From positions 1 to 64,000 of the IMG/VR virus record IMGVR_UViG_3300021513_000001: a stretch of 64,000 bases of DNA; one strand, written 5' to 3'. Below, in pieces: positions 62,401-64,000 of the stretch. This stretch comes from a virus. The position numbers and the translations under genes were made by a program. Under the pieces are notes generated by a model that worked only from the letters and a program-made list of their open reading frames with translations, was not told where the DNA came from and did not search any database. The stretch's first letter is position 1. The number at the start of each line of letters is the position of its first letter.

Positions 62401-63460
62401 CAAAATTAACACCAATTGTATAAAAAATAACAGTTTTATTCAAAAATTCAAAACTAGATTCTGGATATAGATCCTTACTATCTGAGAACCCAACACTAAA
62501 CACTTTATTAAAATCTAAACTTTTTAAATCAGACGTCTTATATATACCCTTTAAATTACCAGCAACGTCTATATAATCAGATTTACCACTACTTTCTACA
62601 ATATAAGTATAAGAAATAGAACCATCGCTATTAAAAAATCCAAGCTTTTCTGATATATCCGTATAAACAATTTCTGGTTTTGTATAATCACAATTTAATC
62701 TTATTTTATTTCCATCTTTTAATATTTTAAGACACGGAATCGGCATAGAATCAAAAAAAGAATTTAATTTACTTAAAATCTCATCTAAAAAGTAATAACC
62801 GCGCACAAACTCTACAACAAAATCTATACCATATATATTAAACAAAAAACTAGAATCCTGACTAATATTTATATTATTACTGTTAATAAATTTACCCAAT
62901 AATATATGTAAATCTTTCCCGCCGCTACACATATAGCTATACTTACTATAATAAGGACACGTAGGCTTAGAACACCTGTATTCAATAGGAGAATATACAG
63001 AAAAATATCTTATAAATAAAGGAACTATCTCGTCATTAAAAATACAAAGCCTTATATTAGTAATTTTTCCCACCCAGGCAGCATTTTGTCTTAAATCTAT
63101 ATCAGAATACAAAAATCCAGTAGTTAATTTTTCTAAAATTACATTTTCATAGCACTTATCACAAAAATCAAAATCTCCATCCTTCTTCCAAGCAATTTTT
63201 AACTTTAAACTGTCAACATTTTTAATATAATAAACCAGCCTTAACATATAAAAACTACTAGAATCAATAGAATCATCAAACAAAACCTCTAAATAAGAAG
63301 ATGTATCCATAAAAACACAACAAACATTATCATGCTCAGTAATATACAAACTACTTATTGTATTAAAAGATTGTTTGGGAAACTCAAAAATTTTGTTAGT
63401 TTCATAAGCACATCTTCCACCAACAAATATATAATCAAAAGCTGCTTTAGTTCCATACAT
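53498..63460 (-). CDS. 3320-aa multidomain protein (ConA-like repeats, discoidin-like, beta-helix), probable virion protein
   Basis: Uninterrupted 10-kb ORF; repeated D-x-F...W modules; VDLGS; IYVLPGTY. Confidence 0.7.
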   Translation of the reverse strand: MYGTKAAFDYIFVGGRCAYETNKIFEFPKQSFNTISSLYITEHDNVCCVFMDTSSYLEVLFDDSIDSSSFYMLRLVYYIKNVDSLKLKIAWKKDGDFDFCDKCYENVILEKLTTGFLYSDIDLRQNAAWVGKITNIRLCIFNDEIVPLFIRYFSVYSPIEYRCSKPTCPYYSKYSYMCSGGKDLHILLGKFINSNNINISQDSSFLFNIYGIDFVVEFVRGYYFLDEILSKLNSFFDSMPIPCLKILKDGNKIRLNCDYTKPEIVYTDISEKLGFFNSDGSISYTYIVESSGKSDYIDVAGNLKGIYKTSDLKSLDFNKVFSVGFSDSKDLYPESSFEFLNKTVIFYTIGVNFDGYLNCFEIYCKALSGGGKILIYRKNKDVYEVVNSYFLSETNKMSKHILDWVCRVYRGDVIGFYNLKIGISRKADFVINYYGVVSGYSDSINKSDIEETSFSSVSFYAYFKAPTNNDIPILAVYNETSYVDKLSFLLEYSDSYDKEFNIIFNNNFNYKILGCQLNVKDDQGNVTEIPGEIVGIDCLSDNILYADVTEIELDNYDYSPPIDLTSIKNKNILRYSWNDYIINVYEYNNYTCSFIPGSVLFYYEFPVAIDICSVLIYSTEEESFDNYLLEILDNTKTSPSFSNIEDVIISEYQIDNWKFDIKNEVKTKGVGVFVYNNKNLPNISFSEIEICTKTGNMLAYVVDVCGFLDCSKMVMFDLNNNGDKKDIYIGTHIKSLVINVCLISNDRVFNLDNINVYSSFVPDDYFVSSNESGEGVLTIYNTRIKPLNCYLLDYTADLLDSLVYEYDFDNDIVHKGFVPTKYTHSEFYFVSSNYINSEYNTYSLKNLLNLENFFVSKYYNFKTTVYDDWYAPYDYLVPGKDGEFVYIDVGLKLRPLKNEAIRWFNYINVNEFYNDIDIELRFNYVGNIEDFVYIGLACCDRNYNNYLRFYSSFQLSPEYGLEFKLENQVDPTYYNFSNVLGRNVGLKIKKRDNAWTFYCFYSDKWHELTTFSLFDTEVLVAISTIFNAPHVKGNIIAEFISCEIKASKVVSGKKIWYTVNDGLSYVYSGNVLDNSTILDNFNKSLTFCRDYTVKKFVYNFNNISLRYLKFVNESSKSIKVTEIKCYIDDVLIPIRQGYVSYSDDLYFGILSGKTSYLDDNVVINYDLSHSIQKGGDDVLSAVGVDLGSNCGVNRAVIYYISETGSYEPCTLMYSYDNITYYDVYDNFSLFSKNAYTTAHYLFNEFVGYKSKNEIAYKFTSNDQYSTDFSEEGVLDYKWIISSPYEVDSGGVWLEHLGSAESLRSRFSIDGAFIIDVYFDGFSDYSSGEASVVLKAVFKNNTYYNDVYVKHRFDNHYVYASHGYKSGGVGSVSGGLRIERTDSVFYFYYRKYGTTWCEIGSYDYGYDYIYPVDVKVYLYGDNSFSLRIKKILLTKGVGIADTDLELLESPGISTLFVRGRKFINEDSYGVVNSELVSKLDYPFSFSWIGGVSSSIPAGGFLINKPYSIGLTYKEKDLSLCWFSEYFVELKIDSVLSYSSDVNTVSSVSVGNYNIDKQLFTNTSDQTIKAIYKSRYDVNTIIDETFKAGEGTFNTSFSGSGFVEYMSDDFTGNDGDLYDQTLWSGSTSNIEIKNNKLHVKYCAEHIYIDTKYTPVGDFNVQVDFELGNYYYSSELSQQLVIYFENGNRFDIRRQGTHSNCGYKTTICIDGDWTTLAQYAAQNDDFGKIRIIKKENIFSSYFLQKNQWFRLVDWMVPEDVNVSYIRLEHSSWDGSSKLECYFDNFVINDDLNSYCDVVIDGNYSYVNDNYIKLEGGNIRTNKIIRSAGVITFECSFTIEDYNNSYSAGFVVCNTPFRSAYYDHTGESIYISYDAGVFRLYIDGYSYSRIYDGDNRLFYPVYGRPYMIGVKFVPGTGTIIYWQGPTNGYLVLDYIINGDLYAWWGNLYGKGTYGNQVTTVHRFRCFEDRILYRELKRDWLFSVGANDNFNLSDGRSPNLKRWAVSGDPRIYNSSLKLMSVNGDKIQSNIFFCAPFEVVLSYNDLSFDFVNGLALSLNVEAYDSYKDRIFGVSKFKVGYNDGTASWVNYYCSGSSGNSSIYHVSNVSNRKLKIINDGYNIQYFLSDGDDWIVILSQDCAKQYYYKVSVEGTGPGVIAYLDSITVDSEEFMTPADAVALVPTAWKFSPTNKAYQDIIYVNLNELVDKCRYFFVDSVVKIDNSIFLSYIEINEDLVKFDGAKVVGDNYITLTSAISEASNGEIIYVLPGTYSIGGYTISKNIIIIGVGNYSDINIVISGSSVKLNGCEVIFKNITITEQLPTNNISFRTQGDKVSYFTMDNCRYVATSSTYVFKIEGTRSFYVYLRKCYFSGLSSYRLAYTASGYLDIMFDILNCRINLSRDYLLKSGNGYQMRSEIYSDSSLYEPIIMDTIPVFVLFSPHNDTNIYLNTPNGLEKIVRSKKNAFNYLSFGNTPGGVTFYGGDNNYYFSEYFMPPVDASFKLFIQGYVDTIRVFDRYQTYNETLNNINIIDNLGISLKLAHNNTIVDYKIYEPINQYSSSLIFGRNTPSIIDEFIWSNIETSSSELLLYYNSYLEKLGYTSCSISDCNIKYKFFIDFGSNVGVGFLTQQQAHNFSNVMYYSDNIDNPCLLTTQCSLSDARWYVLSNNVSKDAFNLDPGVFSVFPTISGCEDSRWEYTGDSKYIDLLSASVLSVSSTLTDVYNVKWKRNKTDINDYMVSSFSDSLVIHLKLFGGGVCDRIVIKSGYNVGTEYAGYITKCSIVMDSVTVFDIEDNINSTIIAEFDSVSFTTIDLIIYETKQVSEFFFNNNLLSGNVVFIEYIKILSFSNVRKFDNTFCNIYELDKTLALESINYSETGVCQPNYYFSKQFVNECVSYSVLDLDSLPAGNFTSVLAKTDGLYDCGFIIDEYTVSVSEDFITASVDSWRVYFGDVELYEEFFYIKGCSTSIGVRFFKNTVFEVGTYYEKFGMDKEWSITDELVLRIYSSNNVDNFYLCIGDKRNGTYYRWNLSLMSGWNTIRLNFYSSYVIKYVFNVVTDSLLFNDLDIFNVWFGGIYLHELGILVLDNIFVDKSSVKNVLSSNKDAFCMHLYYESDSGSVQLDYITYWDSDGKIFGNILSDKVLLSVFSDELCFSLVNKLSGEFVLGVYSYKHDVRTVKKFGKACKFNVNDRIKLKLDWFCKGGCFWSELYVNGFMVGRIQFNIIEIMKLKVFGVMVGGSPVYITSIYNSLGLCGQVNYIKIHSRNRENLLVNDKLFVKHGNEYKNLVESSPLYVGEIQPAEYIKIPIRYEGKSKELNQLNLKIKWSGVY

Positions 63461-63466
63461 AAAATA

Positions 63467-63964
63467 TTATTCTTCTCCTATAGGTTCTCCATTTTCATCA
63501 TAAAAAAAATAAGCCGTTGGTTTTGTTGGCTGTTCAATCCAAGTTGAAACATCTACTACATCAGGATAACCAAACATTCCATGCTCTACATGTGTTACAA
63601 AAAGAATATTATAAGGAATTACAAAATAATTACCAACAGCGGAAGTATTAAAAGAAACATTACACCAATTTAAAAGTTCTAAACATGTTTTTTCTTTTTC
63701 GCTTGGAACTTCAGCAAGAATATTTAAGTTATCACTATACATATCCAAACACCCACTACAGAAAGCTTTAACTAAATAGGTACTATTACAAGCCGCGAAA
63801 TGATATGTTGAATAAAAAGAATCTGGATACAAATCTAACTTATGACCCGGAGCTACCCACTGCGAAATCGGAACATAACCAAAAGCTTTATATAAATCTG
63901 GAACTAAACCCGCATTAAAAATAACATATTCTTCCGTTCTTGTATTAAAAACTTCGCTTTTCAA
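63467..63964 (-). CDS. hypothetical protein
   Basis: 165-aa ORF immediately upstream of the 3320-aa gene; start uncertain. Confidence 0.6.
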   Translation of the reverse strand: MKSEVFNTRTEEYVIFNAGLVPDLYKAFGYVPISQWVAPGHKLDLYPDSFYSTYHFAACNSTYLVKAFCSGCLDMYSDNLNILAEVPSEKEKTCLELLNWCNVSFNTSAVGNYFVIPYNILFVTHVEHGMFGYPDVVDVSTWIEQPTKPTAYFFYDENGEPIGEE

Positions 63965-64000
63965 ACAAAATCGAATAAAAGAAGTAGAATAGTGTATTAA

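Noticed and set aside
35937-63460. Diversity-generating retroelement acting on the lectin proteins
   Set aside because: No reverse transcriptase, and no TR/VR nucleotide repeat pair seen in this window
1891-63547. Short antisense or overlapping ORFs in the track (e.g. 1891-2127, 4797-5174, 14024-14338, 30959-31285, 32515-32793, 57704-57994)
   Set aside because: Shadow frames of well-supported genes, with no motifs or RBS
1-64000. Stop-codon reassignment
   Set aside because: Code 11 already gives dense coverage and intact ORFs up to 10 kb; TAA, TAG and TGA all end tightly coupled genes

Overview
Very AT-rich, gene-dense segment of what is most likely a large (jumbo-type) dsDNA bacteriophage genome, read in standard code 11. 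No capsid, terminase, rRNA, tRNA or CRISPR array is visible in this window, so the phage call rests on gene content. Left arm (1-27.8 kb, minus strand): a lysis mini-module (GH24 lysozyme, holin-like protein, secreted SNase); a glycan-building cluster (about 8 soluble glycosyltransferases, plus pyruvyl-, acetyl- and methyltransferases, a B12 radical SAM enzyme and a KdsC-like protein), interrupted by an adenine MTase plus putative REase pair and carrying a LAGLIDADG intein in one GT4; then a replication/recombination module (Fe-S PD-(D/E)XK nuclease, DnaJ, SSB, DnaG, DnaB, UvsY-like protein, degenerate ATP-dependent ligase, RecA, beta clamp). Right arm (27.9-64 kb): five giant (1.5-3.3 kaa) beta-rich lectin/propeller proteins, a repeat protein and a papain-like protease, probably virion-associated. 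Two non-coding signals stand out. (1) Six sigma54-type -24/-12 promoters (TGGYRY-N5-TTGCRTA), all on the minus strand at gene boundaries of the left arm. (2) A conserved 5' leader element (3 homologous copies plus 1 structural analogue) in which a strong Shine-Dalgarno sits 49-77 nt from the AUG, separated by RNA hairpin(s) that end 8-10 nt before the AUG.
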